NCBI GenBank assembly: GCA_965219385.1
Contig: CBDCNM010000002.1
Location: 3,296,305-3,360,304, forward strand
DNA length: 64,000 bases
Direction: 5' to 3'
Source of the DNA: Candidatus Latescibacterota bacterium
Lineage (GTDB): Bacteria; Latescibacterota; UBA2968; UBA8231
Of the stretch, positions 1-10,901 are shown in pieces (the stretch's first letter is position 1; every line of letters begins with the position of its first letter). Made by a program: the position numbers and the translations under genes. Under the pieces are notes generated by a model. The model was not told the origin of the DNA. It saw nothing but the letters and a program-made list of their open reading frames with translations, and did not search any database.

Positions 1-1
1 C

Positions 2-3000
2 GACAGCGGGGCCGACAAGATCCAGCGGGCCAACCTGGACGGCAGCCACATCGAAGACCTGGTCACCGAGGGCCTGAACGAGCCCTACGGCATCGCCCTC
101 GATCTGGCCGGTGGGAAGATCTACTGGACCGACTGGCGTATCGACAAGATCCAGCGGGCCAACCTCGACGGCAGCCACATCGAAGACCTGGTCACCGAGG
201 GCCTGAACGAGCCCTACGGCATCGCCCTCGACCGCGAAGGGGGCAAGTTGTACTGGACCGACTGGGGCACGGACAAGATCCAGCGGGCCAACCTCGACGG
301 CAGCCACATCGAAGACCTGGTCACCGGCCTCAATCAACCCCGGGGCATCGCCCTCGACCTGGCTGACGGCAAGATCTACTGGCCCGACTGGGGTACGGAC
401 AAGATTCAGCGGGCCAACCTCGACGGCAGCGAGGTGGAAGACCTGGTCACCGAAGGCCTGCGAACCTCCCAGGCGATCGCCCTCGACCCGGCAGGCGGCA
501 AGATCTACTGGACCGACTACGGCACCGACAAGATTCAGCGGGCCAACCTCGACGGCTCCGAGGTGGAAGACCTGGTCACCGAGGGCCTGAAAGAGCCCTA
601 CGGCCTTACCCTCGGCGCCGGCTTACCGGCGCAGATCCTCACGGTGGAGGGCGAAGCGGCGACCCTGGACCTGGCCGGCCGCTTCCGCGACCCGGAGGGC
701 GGGGCCCTGACCTACACGGTCTCGTCGAGCGACGAGGCGGTCGCCACCGCGAGTCTGATGGACTCGGAGCTGACCATCGCGCCGGTCGCCCCCGGCCGGG
801 TGACGGTCGCGGTCACCGCCCGCGATGAAGGGGGCCGGGAAACCACTCTGCCGGTGGCGGTGACCGTGGAATCGGAGACACCGGAAACATCAGACGATGG
901 CGCCGTGACCGTGGAACCGGAGACGCTGGAAACATCGGGAGGTGGCAGCGGTGGCGGTGGCAGTAGACCCGGTACGTCACCACCCCCACCGCAAGCTGGA
1001 ACAGGCAATACAGAAGGGCTGCACATCCCCGGAGAGAGAGAGGTCGTTGAGGTCAACGACGAGACCCCGCAGGTGACGATCTCGGCAAGTTCTACAACTA
1101 TCACCGAAGGTACGGCTGCGACCTTCACGATCACAGCGTCTCCTGCCCCGACGACCGCATTGACTGTGACCGTGAAGGTCAGCGAGACCGAAGAGGTCAT
1201 TAGTGGCACACCGGCCGCGTCAGTCACCATCAACGCCAACGCGACCACCGCCACGCTGACGGTAGCAACAGACGACGATGATGCAGATGAGTCCAATAGC
1301 GTGGTGACAGCGGAGTTGGAGACCGGAACAGGCTATACAGTAGAAGCCATATCCTCAGCGAGCGTGACCGTTGAGGACAACGATGAAACCCCACAGGTGA
1401 CCATCTCGGCAAGTTCTACAAGTGTCACGGAAGGTACGGCTGCGACCTTCACGGTTTCAGCGTCCCCTGCACCGACGACCGCATTGACTGTGACGGTAAA
1501 GGTCAGCGAGACCGAAGAGGTCATCAGTGGCACACCGGCCTCGACAGTCACCATCAACGCCAACGAGGCCATCGCCACGCTGACGGTCAATACCGCCAAT
1601 GATCAAGCAGATGAGTCGAATAGTGTGGTGACCGCGCAATTGCAAGCCGGAACAGGCTATACCGTAGGAGCCACATCCTCAGCGAGCGTGATCGTTGAGG
1701 ACAACGACGATCCTTCGACAATCATACCGCCTTCAACCCCACAGGTGACGATCTCGGCAAGTTCTACAAGTGTCACGGAAGGTACGGCTGCGACCTTCAC
1801 GGTTTCAGCGTCCCCTGCACCGACCTCCCCGCTGACTGTGACCGTGAAGGTCAGCGAGACCGAAGATGTCCTAAGCGGCACACCGGCCTCGACAGTCACC
1901 ATCAACGCCAACGAGGCCACCGCCACGCTGACGGTCAATACGGTGGATGATCAAGCGGATGAGTCGAATAGTGTGGTAACCGCGCAATTGCAAGCCGGAA
2001 CAGGCTATACAGTAGGAGCCACATCCTCAGCGAGCGTGACCGTTGAGGACAACGACAATCCACCTCCGCTACCGGCGAGCGTGGAGGTTACCCCGCGCGA
2101 GGTGACGTTGACGGCGTTGGGCAATACCGCCACGTTGACGGCACGCGTTCTGGACGCGCAGGGCAATGTAATTTCCGGGGAGGCGGTGTCGTGGTCCTCC
2201 GTCTCCCCCGAGGTGGCGACCGTGGATGCGGCGGGCGTGGTGACGGCCGTCGTGAATGGCAGGGCGACGGTGACGGCGTCCGCGTCCGGCGTCTCCGGTG
2301 AGGCAACCGTAATCGTGGACCAGCATGCGGTTTCCGTGGCTATCGATCCCGGTGAGGTGGAGTTGACTTCGGTGGACGAAACCACCGAGCTGACGTTGCG
2401 CGCCTTTGACGCCAACGGCCACGAAGCCCCCGGCGGAGGGGACATCACGGGGATCTTCGCCTGGCGATCAGCCGACCTGAATGTGGCAAGAGTATCGTCT
2501 GTCGGGGGTCTGACGGCGGAGGTGCGGGCAATCGGGGCCGGGACGACCACGGTGACGGTGACGGTGACTTTGGACGACGGGAGATTGAGCGCGACGGCCA
2601 CGGTGACGGTGCTGAAGTCGTCGCTCCAAGGGGAGGGAAACCCGGAAGACGAAACTCCACAGGTGACAATCTCGGCAGGTACCACACCTGTGACGGAAGG
2701 CACTGCTGCGACGTTTACGATTACTATATCCCCAGCGCAGCTAACAGCACTGACAGTGAGTGTGAAGGTGACTGAGACTGGCGATATTATCAGCGGCACG
2801 GCGCCCTCGACAGTGACCATTAATGCTGGTGAGACCACCGCCACGCTGACAGTAGCGACGGACAATGATGAGGCAGATGAGTCCAATAGCGTGATAACTG
2901 CGGAAGTGGAGAGTGGAACAGGCTATACGGTGGGCAGTTCATCCTCTGCAAGTGTGACTGTGAACGACAACGACGATTCGCCACCGTCGGACAATTCACC

Positions 3001-4606
3001 AGACCTGACGTTTATTGCTCTTGTCGTGACCCGCAGCCCCTTCATAGAAGATTTGAGTGTACCCTTTGCATTTACGCTGGAAGCGACTGTCGAAAACGAG
3101 GGTAATGGTCCGTCGGCAGCTACGACGCTGCGCTATTACCGTTCAACGGATGCGACGTATTCTAATGACGATACGCAAGTCGGTACGGACGCTGTGGATG
3201 GTCTTGCGGCTTCTGGCACCAGTACAGAGGCGATTGATTTAACCACCCAGCCGAGTGCTGGCACGTATTATATTGCGTGTATCGATGCAGTTGCTGGAGA
3301 ATCGAATACCGAAAATAACTGCCACCGGATTCAAGTCGGCACTGCCCCGCCACCACCGCCGCCTCCAACCCCACAAGTGACAATCTCGGCAGGTACTACA
3401 CCTGTGACTGAAGGCACAGATGTGACTTTTACGATCACAGCGTCCCCTGCCCCGACGTCTGCCCTGACGGTGAATGTGGATGTGGACGTCACCTATGCCG
3501 ACCATCTGACCAGTGGGACACCGCCCTCGACAGTGACCATCAACGCGAACGCGACCACTGCTACGCTGACGGTCGCAACGGAGGATGATGATGTAATTGA
3601 GATCAATGGCCAGGTAATCGCGGAAGTGCAGACCGGGACAGGCTACACGGTGGGTAGTTCCTCCTCTGCGCGCGTGGTCGTTGAGAACAATGACCATCCG
3701 ACGCCGGTGGCTTCCGTGGAGATCGATCCCAACTCCGTGGAGTTCACGGAGGTCGGCGCCGGAAAAACCTTGACGGCACGGATCCTTGACTCCGAAGGCA
3801 ACGAGACTCGGGCCACGTCCTGGGGATGGTCGTCAGCCGACGAGGAAGTGGCGACGGTGAATAACCTAATTGGAACGGGGGTGCGTGGATGGGTAACAGC
3901 GATCGGGGCCGGGACCACCACGATAACACTGAGCGCAAGCGGGGGAGGAGGGCAGGCGACCGGGACAGCCACGGTGACGGTGACGGTATCCGGGCCCCGA
4001 GTGGAGATCTCACCGGGCTCGCTGACCTTCGAAGCACTGGGCGAGACCCAGACGGTGACAGTCAAGGTCCTGGATGCGAACGGCGATGAGGATGAGGACG
4101 CGACATTCTCCTATATCGGTATCTTCAGTCCGTGCTGCGGTTTTAGACCGGGAGACCCGATAAAGTCATGGCACATCGAGAGAGTGGACGATGGCCTGGA
4201 GATGACCGCAGAAGGAACGGGGAGCGGCCGACTCACGATCAGTTCGGATGGCGCCGAGTCAGCGATTCTGCTCGTAACTGTGTATCAAAAACCGGCGTCC
4301 TTGACGCTTTCGCCGAGTTCGGTTGACCTGACAGTAGGCGGGACGACGACGCTGAGTGCGACGATCAAGGATGCAAACGGTCACAGCATCGGCGTGGCCC
4401 AGGGCGACAAAGGTGGTCTCGTGGTGTATTGGGAAACGAGCGACTCGGCGGTGGCGACGGTTGATGGCTCTGATGACGAAGAGGACAGGAATATGGGCGG
4501 CACTGCCATGGTGACGGCGGTGGCTGCCGGTACCGTTACCATCACAGGGCGGCACCCAGGAGATATTACAGGTACGGCCACGGTGACGGTGACGGGCAAT
4601 AACTGA
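2..4606 (+). CDS. Giant modular surface/secreted protein (5'-partial): LDL-receptor class B (YWTD) repeats, cadherin/Ig-like, Calx-beta-like x5, Big_2-type Ig repeats, CARDB
   Basis: Frame is open from base 2 (DSGADKIQRANLDGSHIEDLV...). Repeated YWTDW-DKIQRANLDGS units, repeated TPQVTISA...SASVTVEDND units, WSSxxxxVATV Big_2 motifs and an ATTLRYYRSTD CARDB-type motif. Confidence 0.85.
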   Translation, partial: DSGADKIQRANLDGSHIEDLVTEGLNEPYGIALDLAGGKIYWTDWRIDKIQRANLDGSHIEDLVTEGLNEPYGIALDREGGKLYWTDWGTDKIQRANLDGSHIEDLVTGLNQPRGIALDLADGKIYWPDWGTDKIQRANLDGSEVEDLVTEGLRTSQAIALDPAGGKIYWTDYGTDKIQRANLDGSEVEDLVTEGLKEPYGLTLGAGLPAQILTVEGEAATLDLAGRFRDPEGGALTYTVSSSDEAVATASLMDSELTIAPVAPGRVTVAVTARDEGGRETTLPVAVTVESETPETSDDGAVTVEPETLETSGGGSGGGGSRPGTSPPPPQAGTGNTEGLHIPGEREVVEVNDETPQVTISASSTTITEGTAATFTITASPAPTTALTVTVKVSETEEVISGTPAASVTINANATTATLTVATDDDDADESNSVVTAELETGTGYTVEAISSASVTVEDNDETPQVTISASSTSVTEGTAATFTVSASPAPTTALTVTVKVSETEEVISGTPASTVTINANEAIATLTVNTANDQADESNSVVTAQLQAGTGYTVGATSSASVIVEDNDDPSTIIPPSTPQVTISASSTSVTEGTAATFTVSASPAPTSPLTVTVKVSETEDVLSGTPASTVTINANEATATLTVNTVDDQADESNSVVTAQLQAGTGYTVGATSSASVTVEDNDNPPPLPASVEVTPREVTLTALGNTATLTARVLDAQGNVISGEAVSWSSVSPEVATVDAAGVVTAVVNGRATVTASASGVSGEATVIVDQHAVSVAIDPGEVELTSVDETTELTLRAFDANGHEAPGGGDITGIFAWRSADLNVARVSSVGGLTAEVRAIGAGTTTVTVTVTLDDGRLSATATVTVLKSSLQGEGNPEDETPQVTISAGTTPVTEGTAATFTITISPAQLTALTVSVKVTETGDIISGTAPSTVTINAGETTATLTVATDNDEADESNSVITAEVESGTGYTVGSSSSASVTVNDNDDSPPSDNSPDLTFIALVVTRSPFIEDLSVPFAFTLEATVENEGNGPSAATTLRYYRSTDATYSNDDTQVGTDAVDGLAASGTSTEAIDLTTQPSAGTYYIACIDAVAGESNTENNCHRIQVGTAPPPPPPPTPQVTISAGTTPVTEGTDVTFTITASPAPTSALTVNVDVDVTYADHLTSGTPPSTVTINANATTATLTVATEDDDVIEINGQVIAEVQTGTGYTVGSSSSARVVVENNDHPTPVASVEIDPNSVEFTEVGAGKTLTARILDSEGNETRATSWGWSSADEEVATVNNLIGTGVRGWVTAIGAGTTTITLSASGGGGQATGTATVTVTVSGPRVEISPGSLTFEALGETQTVTVKVLDANGDEDEDATFSYIGIFSPCCGFRPGDPIKSWHIERVDDGLEMTAEGTGSGRLTISSDGAESAILLVTVYQKPASLTLSPSSVDLTVGGTTTLSATIKDANGHSIGVAQGDKGGLVVYWETSDSAVATVDGSDDEEDRNMGGTAMVTAVAAGTVTITGRHPGDITGTATVTVTGNN

Positions 4607-4705
4607 TGTGATCGAGGGGTCCGCCGCTAAGCCCGAAGCACCTACGACACCGGCTGGCACCGTGACGTTGGGCGGGCGAACCGCGACCTCTCCCCCGACG
4701 AGGAG

Positions 4706-5040
4706 ATGGCCCTTCTCAACAAGCCGAAAACGAACTTCCGCTGGCAGCCGGCCCTGATCGACGACCCCTGCCTGTGGCTGGTTCCCTGGAGCCAGAGCCG
4801 CTACCGCACCGACGAGGAGCGGGACAGGCACAGGGACCTCCCCGGCATGGAGAACGTCGTCCTCAAGCGCGGCCAGACCCTGTTCTGGGACGGCAACACC
4901 ATCTACCGCGGCAAGCTACCCCCGGGAGGGAAGGAGCGGCTCGTCCTGGCCGGCGGGCTGTGCAAGTACGACCCGGACGAGCCCAAGCTGGATCCTGACA
5001 ACCGCTTCCAGTGGCGCGTGGCGGAAAACCGGACCTGCCC
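4706..5040 (+). pseudogene. Probable fragment of a PhyH-like dioxygenase
   Basis: CLWLVPWS...LKRGQTLFWDGNTIYRG resembles the C-terminal strands of PhyH-type enzymes; no N-terminus, and the distal His appears replaced. Confidence 0.3.
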
Positions 5041-5314
5041 TGCCAAACCGGGTGCGGCTGTGGTGGGAACGCTGGCTGGCCCTCCTGAGTCCGCTCCTTC
5101 GGGGGCGATGTCCCTGGTGAACTGTTGGTGTACTCCTTATTTAGGGGAGATAGCACACCATTCCCGGACTTCCCAACAAGGAAGCCACCTGCCCCAATGT
5201 CGAATTTTATTTACTTGATGTTGCTTGATGGTAGAACCCTGATTTCTTATCCTAGCTTATTAGTCATTTATCACGAATACAATTGGGCGATTCACAACCC
5301 ATGGGAGAGAGGAT

Positions 5315-6391
5315 ATGCAAGGTTACGACGAGGTTGATCTGGAATTCGAGAAGGAAAAGGAGGAGGACGAGATACCTGTCGAGTACGACATCGCAAGCTA
5401 TCCGTCTGATTTCACCCTCTCCGGAATCGCCCAAATGTGGGCAGATGGAGATATCGTCATTCCTGATTTCCAGAGAGAGTTCGTTTGGACCATAAAGCAA
5501 GCATCGCTATTGATCGACTCGTTTCTATGTGGTTTGCCGGTTCCACCTGTGTTTTTCTATGTCGACGAGCATAACAAGAACCTTGTCGTGGATGGTCAAC
5601 AGAGAATCCTGAGTGTGGCTTTCTTTCTCGAAGGGTACTTCGGGAAGGAGAGTACGCAGGGCAAGCGTCAAGTGTTTCGACTCACCGGACTCGATGAACG
5701 TAGCCCTTATTACAATCGGCGATTTGAGGATCTTGGAGATGATGATCAACGTAGACTCCGCCACGCTGTCCTCCGTGCGATAAACATCCGTCAGTTGAGC
5801 CCGGAGGGGGAAAACACCAGCGCATATCACATCTTCGAGAGACTAAATACAGGTGGTACGGCCCTGAGACCACAAGAAATCCGCAATTGTGTGTTCCGCG
5901 GAGAACTCAATACACAACTTCGTAATACGAACCAGGACGAGAGTTGGCGTCTATTGCTTGGGAAGCCCTACCTCGACAAGCACCAGAAGGATGTAGAGCT
6001 ACTATTGCGTATCTTTGCCCTGGTTGGTTCGACAGCACTCTATGAAAAACCAATGAAGGAGTTCTTGAATAGGGCAATGAAAATTCACATCAAGGGGAAT
6101 ACAAAGAAGGCGAGGAAGTTTCTCGATTTATTCCCAAAAGTGGCCGAAATTGTTGCCGATTCACTTGGGGACAAGCCGTTTCACCTACGGGGTCCCCTCA
6201 ACGTTTCTGCTCTCGACTCAGTCATGTGCGTCCTCATCGAGAAATACCGGAGTTTGAAGGGCGACGACCTCAATGAACGGTACAAGGCACTCCTTAAAGA
6301 CGACGATTTCGAGGGTTATACCCGCTACAACACGACGGATACTAAGACAGTACTTGACCGCATAAAGAAGGTCCGGGAGTACATGGATTGA
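5315..6391 (+). CDS. DUF262 (ParB/GmrS-like) domain protein
   Basis: IPDFQREFVW, LIDSFLCGLPVP, VVDGQQR and IFERLNTGG are DUF262 signature motifs. Confidence 0.85.
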   Translation: MQGYDEVDLEFEKEKEEDEIPVEYDIASYPSDFTLSGIAQMWADGDIVIPDFQREFVWTIKQASLLIDSFLCGLPVPPVFFYVDEHNKNLVVDGQQRILSVAFFLEGYFGKESTQGKRQVFRLTGLDERSPYYNRRFEDLGDDDQRRLRHAVLRAINIRQLSPEGENTSAYHIFERLNTGGTALRPQEIRNCVFRGELNTQLRNTNQDESWRLLLGKPYLDKHQKDVELLLRIFALVGSTALYEKPMKEFLNRAMKIHIKGNTKKARKFLDLFPKVAEIVADSLGDKPFHLRGPLNVSALDSVMCVLIEKYRSLKGDDLNERYKALLKDDDFEGYTRYNTTDTKTVLDRIKKVREYMD

Positions 6392-6395
6392 CCAC

Positions 6396-6902
6396 ATGCC
6401 ATACGCAGACAACTTCACTCACGCAGACGACTTGGTCGCTCACTTGGACACAATCGTCCCGACTATTAACGATCCCATTCTCAAGGCCAAGTATGTAGGG
6501 TTTCTCTCAGTAGCCGCCGTCACTGTTTACGAGTTGGCTCTAAAAGAAATATTCGTCGAGTTTGCTCGCCAAAAGCACCAAGTTTTTGGGAACTTTGCTG
6601 AATCCTACTTTAGGCGGATCAACGGACGAATTCGTGTCGATGTGATCAAGGATGAGTATATACCCCGCTTTGGGAGCAAATACCAGAAGCGATTTCAGCG
6701 AAAAATTGAAAAGGTGGTCTCTGACTTTCTGAGGTCAAAACGTAGAGACCCGAGAGCGGCCTACGGCAACTTGATCACTTGGCGGAATGAGTTTGCACAC
6801 GAAGGAAAGATCAATAAGACAGCGACATATACCGAGGCCGCCCAGGCATATGAGGATGGTGGCCGCCGGTACCGCCACGATCACGGGCCGTTGGGGCAAT
6901 GA
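6396..6902 (+). CDS. HEPN-domain protein, 3' end replaced by foreign sequence
   Basis: RNEFAH (RxxxxH) motif, 4 bp downstream of DUF262; the last ~14 codons run into a surface-protein repeat. Confidence 0.7.
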   Translation: MPYADNFTHADDLVAHLDTIVPTINDPILKAKYVGFLSVAAVTVYELALKEIFVEFARQKHQVFGNFAESYFRRINGRIRVDVIKDEYIPRFGSKYQKRFQRKIEKVVSDFLRSKRRDPRAAYGNLITWRNEFAHEGKINKTATYTEAAQAYEDGGRRYRHDHGPLGQ

Positions 6903-6957
6903 AATTCGCGGTACAGCCACGATTGCGGTGACGGGCAACTGATGTGACCGAGGGGTC
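6858..6957 (+). repeat. Diverged direct repeat of 4519-4621 (3' end of the surface-protein gene plus downstream bases)
   Basis: ggtggccgccggtacc...gtgacgggcaactgatgtgaccgaggggtc vs ggtggctgccggtacc...gtgacgggcaataactgatgtgatcgaggggtc; encodes VAAGTATITGRWGNEIRGTATIAVTGN*. Confidence 0.8.
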
Positions 6958-7079
6958 TTCCGCGTGATCGGTTCGTGGCCTGGGACGGCCGTCTGATTGG
7001 TCGCAAAGGCCGCTCGGGCCGGATCTACTTGCGGCTGTGGTGCGGAAGCAGGTCGATGTCCTGGAGACGCGACGGCAGT

Positions 7080-7320
7080 CGCAGGACCGCCCGGACCTGG
7101 TGGTGGCGTCACCTTCGGTAAGCAATAGCCGTCCAGCCCTTGGGGCGACGGTGTGGAACTCTGCGTCGTCGGACGCCGGAGTCTCGGGGGCCACAACGCT
7201 GCGCTATTACCGGTCGACGGACAAATCGATCACGAACATCCGACACAAAGGTGGGCACGGACGCGGTGCCGGGGCTTGGCGCTCGGGAGAGCAGCAGCCA
7301 GTCAGTGGATCTGACCGCGG
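7080..7320 (+). pseudogene. CARDB-domain surface-protein remnant (frameshifted)
   Basis: PDLVVASPSVS...ATTLRYYRSTD, then in another frame SDTKVGTDAVPGL; parallels the CARDB segment at ~3000-3300. Confidence 0.65.
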
Positions 7321-7360
7321 ATAGGGAACAAACCAAACAGGACGACGGGATACAAGCTGC

Positions 7361-10300
7361 TCAGGCTGGGGCCTCGGCCCGCGCTAGCAGCTTGGCGAAG
7401 TCGTAGTTGACGCTGGTGACGCCAAAGTCGGGTTCGCGCTGGAAGGGGTGGCGCAGATACCTTACGCGGTGACTGCCGCCGTCCAAAAACTCGACTATAG
7501 CGAGAATGAAGCCGTCGGGTTTATTGAGGCTGTAGAGAATTTCGTTTTTGGTCACCGTGATGGTCGCCGCTCCGCTTGCGCGGCCCTTGACCTCGATGAA
7601 GCGCAGCCGCCCCGTGTCGGGCGCCCGCGACTCGATATCGTAGCCGAGTTTGTCAAACTCTCGATCCGTCGGCTCATAGCCGAGGCCGCGTTCTACTTCC
7701 ATGACAATAGCCCGCGCCCGGGCGGCAACCTCCTGCGTATCCACAGGTGATCGGCGTCCCGCCATGGCGTCCACCAGTCCCTGCGGCACCACTAGCAAGC
7801 CGCCGAACACCACCGGTGGTAACGGCGAGAGTTGAGCTTCGAGTTGCAATTCCTGTAGCCTCTTGTGCAGCCGGGCCTGCAACGTATCGGCCCGTTTGCG
7901 AGTTTCGTCCGAGTTGAGCCGAGCACCACTCGCACCGGCCTGTTCCTGTAGCTTGAGTTGTTCGGAGCGGTGGTCCCAGTAGGAGATTTCCTTGGTCAGA
8001 CGGTCCTTGACCGCAGCCTCAGTCCTGGCGATCAACGCCAGCTTGGGATCGCGGACTTGGGCTAGATGCTCGGGGACGACTTGAGCCACTGCATAGGCTT
8101 GCGCCTTCTGCTCTATTTCTCGGTTGATCCACGCGCATTCCGGCCGCTCCAAGATGGCCTCAACGCTAGGTTCGTCTTGGGCCAGCGGCCGATAGTCCAA
8201 GTAGGGGGCGTAGTGGAGGTGGCGGGCGTTGCCAGCGGCGTCGATTTCGACGTAGAGCATCTGCTTGGAGATAATCCGGCGGTCGCCCGCCCGCGTCCGG
8301 CCCGCGTCTTGAATGGCGTGTTCGAGATAGAAAAGCACTCGCGGTGTCTGCCCTGGATCGCGCTCGTCAACGAGCACTGCTCCGCGCTTGAGTAGATCGC
8401 GGTGCTGCTCCAGCGTCAGGTCGAGGACGGCGTCCAGCAAGGGGTGTCCTGGGCAGACGAATGCCGCCGCTGGCTGGCCCGGCAGCGCGACCAGCGATTT
8501 GTCGAAGGCGATCCGTTCGTAGCGGGAGAGGACCGGCGTGCTTTGGTTGCGGGCCAGCGCAGGAACACGCGTAACCTCATAGCGGCGTGGCTCGCGCTGC
8601 CGGGCCGATCCACCGATTCGCTGGAACGCCTCTAGAAAAAACGCCTCAATGTAATGCGGCTGCAGGCGGCGCGCCTCGGCCCGCTCCATCTCTTCGCGGA
8701 CCCTCTGCAAGCGGCTGGCGTCCATCGCGTCATGGACGAGCTGCCGCTCTTCCAGCAGGTCCTGTAGCGCGCTATGGTCGAGCGCCTGATCGACCGCAGT
8801 GTCGAGGCGCGCGCGAACGTCTGGCTGCTCGCCGTAGCGGATGGCTTCGAGCAGGAGGTCGCGCAACGGTCTGCCCTCGAATTCGAGCTTGCCAAGCACG
8901 TCAAATACCTGACCACCCAGGGTCTGCCGCGCCTGTTCTAGTTTGGTCAGCAGTCGCTGGTACACGTCGCCCTCGCGGGTTTCGTCCGCGACCAGATTCC
9001 ACAGGTGGCACACTTCCGTCTGGCCGATTCGGTGAATGCGGCCAAAGCGCTGCTCTAAGCGGTTCGGGTTCCAGGGGAGGTCGTAGTTGACCATCAGATG
9101 CGCCCGCTGGAGGTTGATTCCTTCACCAGCGGCATCGGTGGCCAGCAGCACCTGTACCGCTGGGTCGTGGCGGAAGGCTTCCTGCGCTTGGTGGCGATCC
9201 TCGCGGGCCATACCCCCGTGAATGACGACTACCGACTCCGCACGTCCAAGCAAGGTGGTGATGCGGTCTTGCAGATAGTGGAGCGTGTCGCGGTGCTCGG
9301 TGAAGAGCACTAGCTTCTGTGTAGGGGAGGGCACTGGACGCGGGATCTCGCCACCGCCGTAGGGAGTTGCCGGCTCCCCGATCTTGCCTGTTATCCCGGA
9401 CGCTGTAAAAACCTCGCTGAGCAGGCTTGCAAGCTCCCGCCACTTCGCGTCTCCACTGCGGCGACGGACGTCACGAGCACGATCTTCCAGCATCTTCAGG
9501 GTATCGATCTCCGCCTTCAGTTCGGCGATGGAGCGGGCGGCGGTCGCTTGGTCGAGGATGCGCGTTTCGGCGGCTTCGACCTCGTGCTCTGGGGCGTCGT
9601 CGAGATCTTCGACGTCTTCGGCATCGAGCTCTGGGGCTGTGGACGTGACCGCGTTGTCGCGCCGGGATTCCTCCAACTCGTACCGGCGGCTCTCCAAGCG
9701 CTCGCGCCGCCGGCGTAGCGACTGGTAGATTGCCTCGGGAGACGAAGCGAGCCGCCGCTGGAGGATCGTCAGGGCGAAGCCGACCGTGCCGGCCCGCTTG
9801 GCGTTGGCGAGTGCGTCCGCCCGATTGAATTCCTCCCGCACATAGTCGGTGACCGCCTCGTAGAGCTGGGCTTCTGCCTCTGAGAGCTGGTACGGCACTG
9901 TATAGGCGATGCGTTCGGGGAACAACGGCTTGCCATCGAATTTGAGCAGCCGCTCCTTGACCATGCGCCGCATCAAGTCCGAGACATCGGCCACGTGGAC
10001 GCCATCGCGGAAGCGGCCCTCGAAGCGGTCGCTGTCGAGCAACGCCATGAAGAGTTGGAAGTCCTCTTCCTTGCCGTTGTGCGGCGTCGCCGTCATCAGC
10101 AGGAAGTGGCGCGTCAGCCCCGACAGAAGCTGTCCCAGCCGGTAGCGTTTCGTGTAATGGATCTCGCCTCCGAAGAAGCTGGCCGACATCTTGTGCGCCT
10201 CGTCGCATACTACCAGATCCCAGCCAGTATCGGGTGCCTGGAGCTTCTGCTGGACCTGTTCGTCGCGTGCTAGCTTGTCGAGGCGCGCGATGACGAGGTC

Positions 10301-10894
10301 GGCCTCCAAAAACCAGTTGCCGGTGCGGGCGGCTTCGAGCTTGTCGTTGGTCATAATCTCAAAGGGCAACTGGAAGCGCTGGTAGAGTTCGTCCTGCCAT
10401 TGCTCGGCGAGGCTGCCGGGGCAGACGATGAGACACCGTTCGAGATCGCCGCGGGCGATCAGCTCCCTGATAAGTAGGCCCGCCATGATGGTCTTACCGG
10501 CACCTGGATCGTCGGCGAGGAGGAAGCGCAGGGGCTGGCGCGGTAGCATGGATTCGTACACCGCGGTGATCTGATGGGGCAGCGGCTCGACGACCGAGGT
10601 GTGGACTGCCAGTACGGGATCGAACAGATGCGCGAGGCGGATGCGCAATGCTTCAGATACCAGCCGGAATAGGTCCCCGTCGCCGTCAAAGCTCCACGGC
10701 TGCCCTTGTTCCACCACTTCGAGCCGCGCCTCGTCAGAGCGGTAGAGCAACTCATTGGCCACCTTGCCGTCCGGTGTCTTGTAGGTCAGTTCCAGGGCCT
10801 CGGAGCCAAACCACTGCACGCTGACGACCACCACGAGGCCATCGGTGAGAATGCCGCGCACTGCGGCGTTAGGCTGGAGATCTTCGAGCGTCAC
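7361..10894 (-). CDS. SNF2-family helicase with C-terminal DUF3883 PD-(D/E)xK nuclease
   Basis: LLADDPGAGKT, DEAH, TATPH, QRFGRIHRIGQ; C-terminal GYDIES...FIEVKG. Likely GTG start at 10894, just after the DUF499 stop. Confidence 0.9.
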   Translation of the reverse strand: MTLEDLQPNAAVRGILTDGLVVVVSVQWFGSEALELTYKTPDGKVANELLYRSDEARLEVVEQGQPWSFDGDGDLFRLVSEALRIRLAHLFDPVLAVHTSVVEPLPHQITAVYESMLPRQPLRFLLADDPGAGKTIMAGLLIRELIARGDLERCLIVCPGSLAEQWQDELYQRFQLPFEIMTNDKLEAARTGNWFLEADLVIARLDKLARDEQVQQKLQAPDTGWDLVVCDEAHKMSASFFGGEIHYTKRYRLGQLLSGLTRHFLLMTATPHNGKEEDFQLFMALLDSDRFEGRFRDGVHVADVSDLMRRMVKERLLKFDGKPLFPERIAYTVPYQLSEAEAQLYEAVTDYVREEFNRADALANAKRAGTVGFALTILQRRLASSPEAIYQSLRRRRERLESRRYELEESRRDNAVTSTAPELDAEDVEDLDDAPEHEVEAAETRILDQATAARSIAELKAEIDTLKMLEDRARDVRRRSGDAKWRELASLLSEVFTASGITGKIGEPATPYGGGEIPRPVPSPTQKLVLFTEHRDTLHYLQDRITTLLGRAESVVVIHGGMAREDRHQAQEAFRHDPAVQVLLATDAAGEGINLQRAHLMVNYDLPWNPNRLEQRFGRIHRIGQTEVCHLWNLVADETREGDVYQRLLTKLEQARQTLGGQVFDVLGKLEFEGRPLRDLLLEAIRYGEQPDVRARLDTAVDQALDHSALQDLLEERQLVHDAMDASRLQRVREEMERAEARRLQPHYIEAFFLEAFQRIGGSARQREPRRYEVTRVPALARNQSTPVLSRYERIAFDKSLVALPGQPAAAFVCPGHPLLDAVLDLTLEQHRDLLKRGAVLVDERDPGQTPRVLFYLEHAIQDAGRTRAGDRRIISKQMLYVEIDAAGNARHLHYAPYLDYRPLAQDEPSVEAILERPECAWINREIEQKAQAYAVAQVVPEHLAQVRDPKLALIARTEAAVKDRLTKEISYWDHRSEQLKLQEQAGASGARLNSDETRKRADTLQARLHKRLQELQLEAQLSPLPPVVFGGLLVVPQGLVDAMAGRRSPVDTQEVAARARAIVMEVERGLGYEPTDREFDKLGYDIESRAPDTGRLRFIEVKGRASGAATITVTKNEILYSLNKPDGFILAIVEFLDGGSHRVRYLRHPFQREPDFGVTSVNYDFAKLLARAEAPA

Positions 10895-10901
10895 TCCCGA
10901 C

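Noticed and set aside
1..620. Regular ~130 bp repeats as CRISPR or ncRNA
   Set aside because: They are in-frame YWTD protein repeats.
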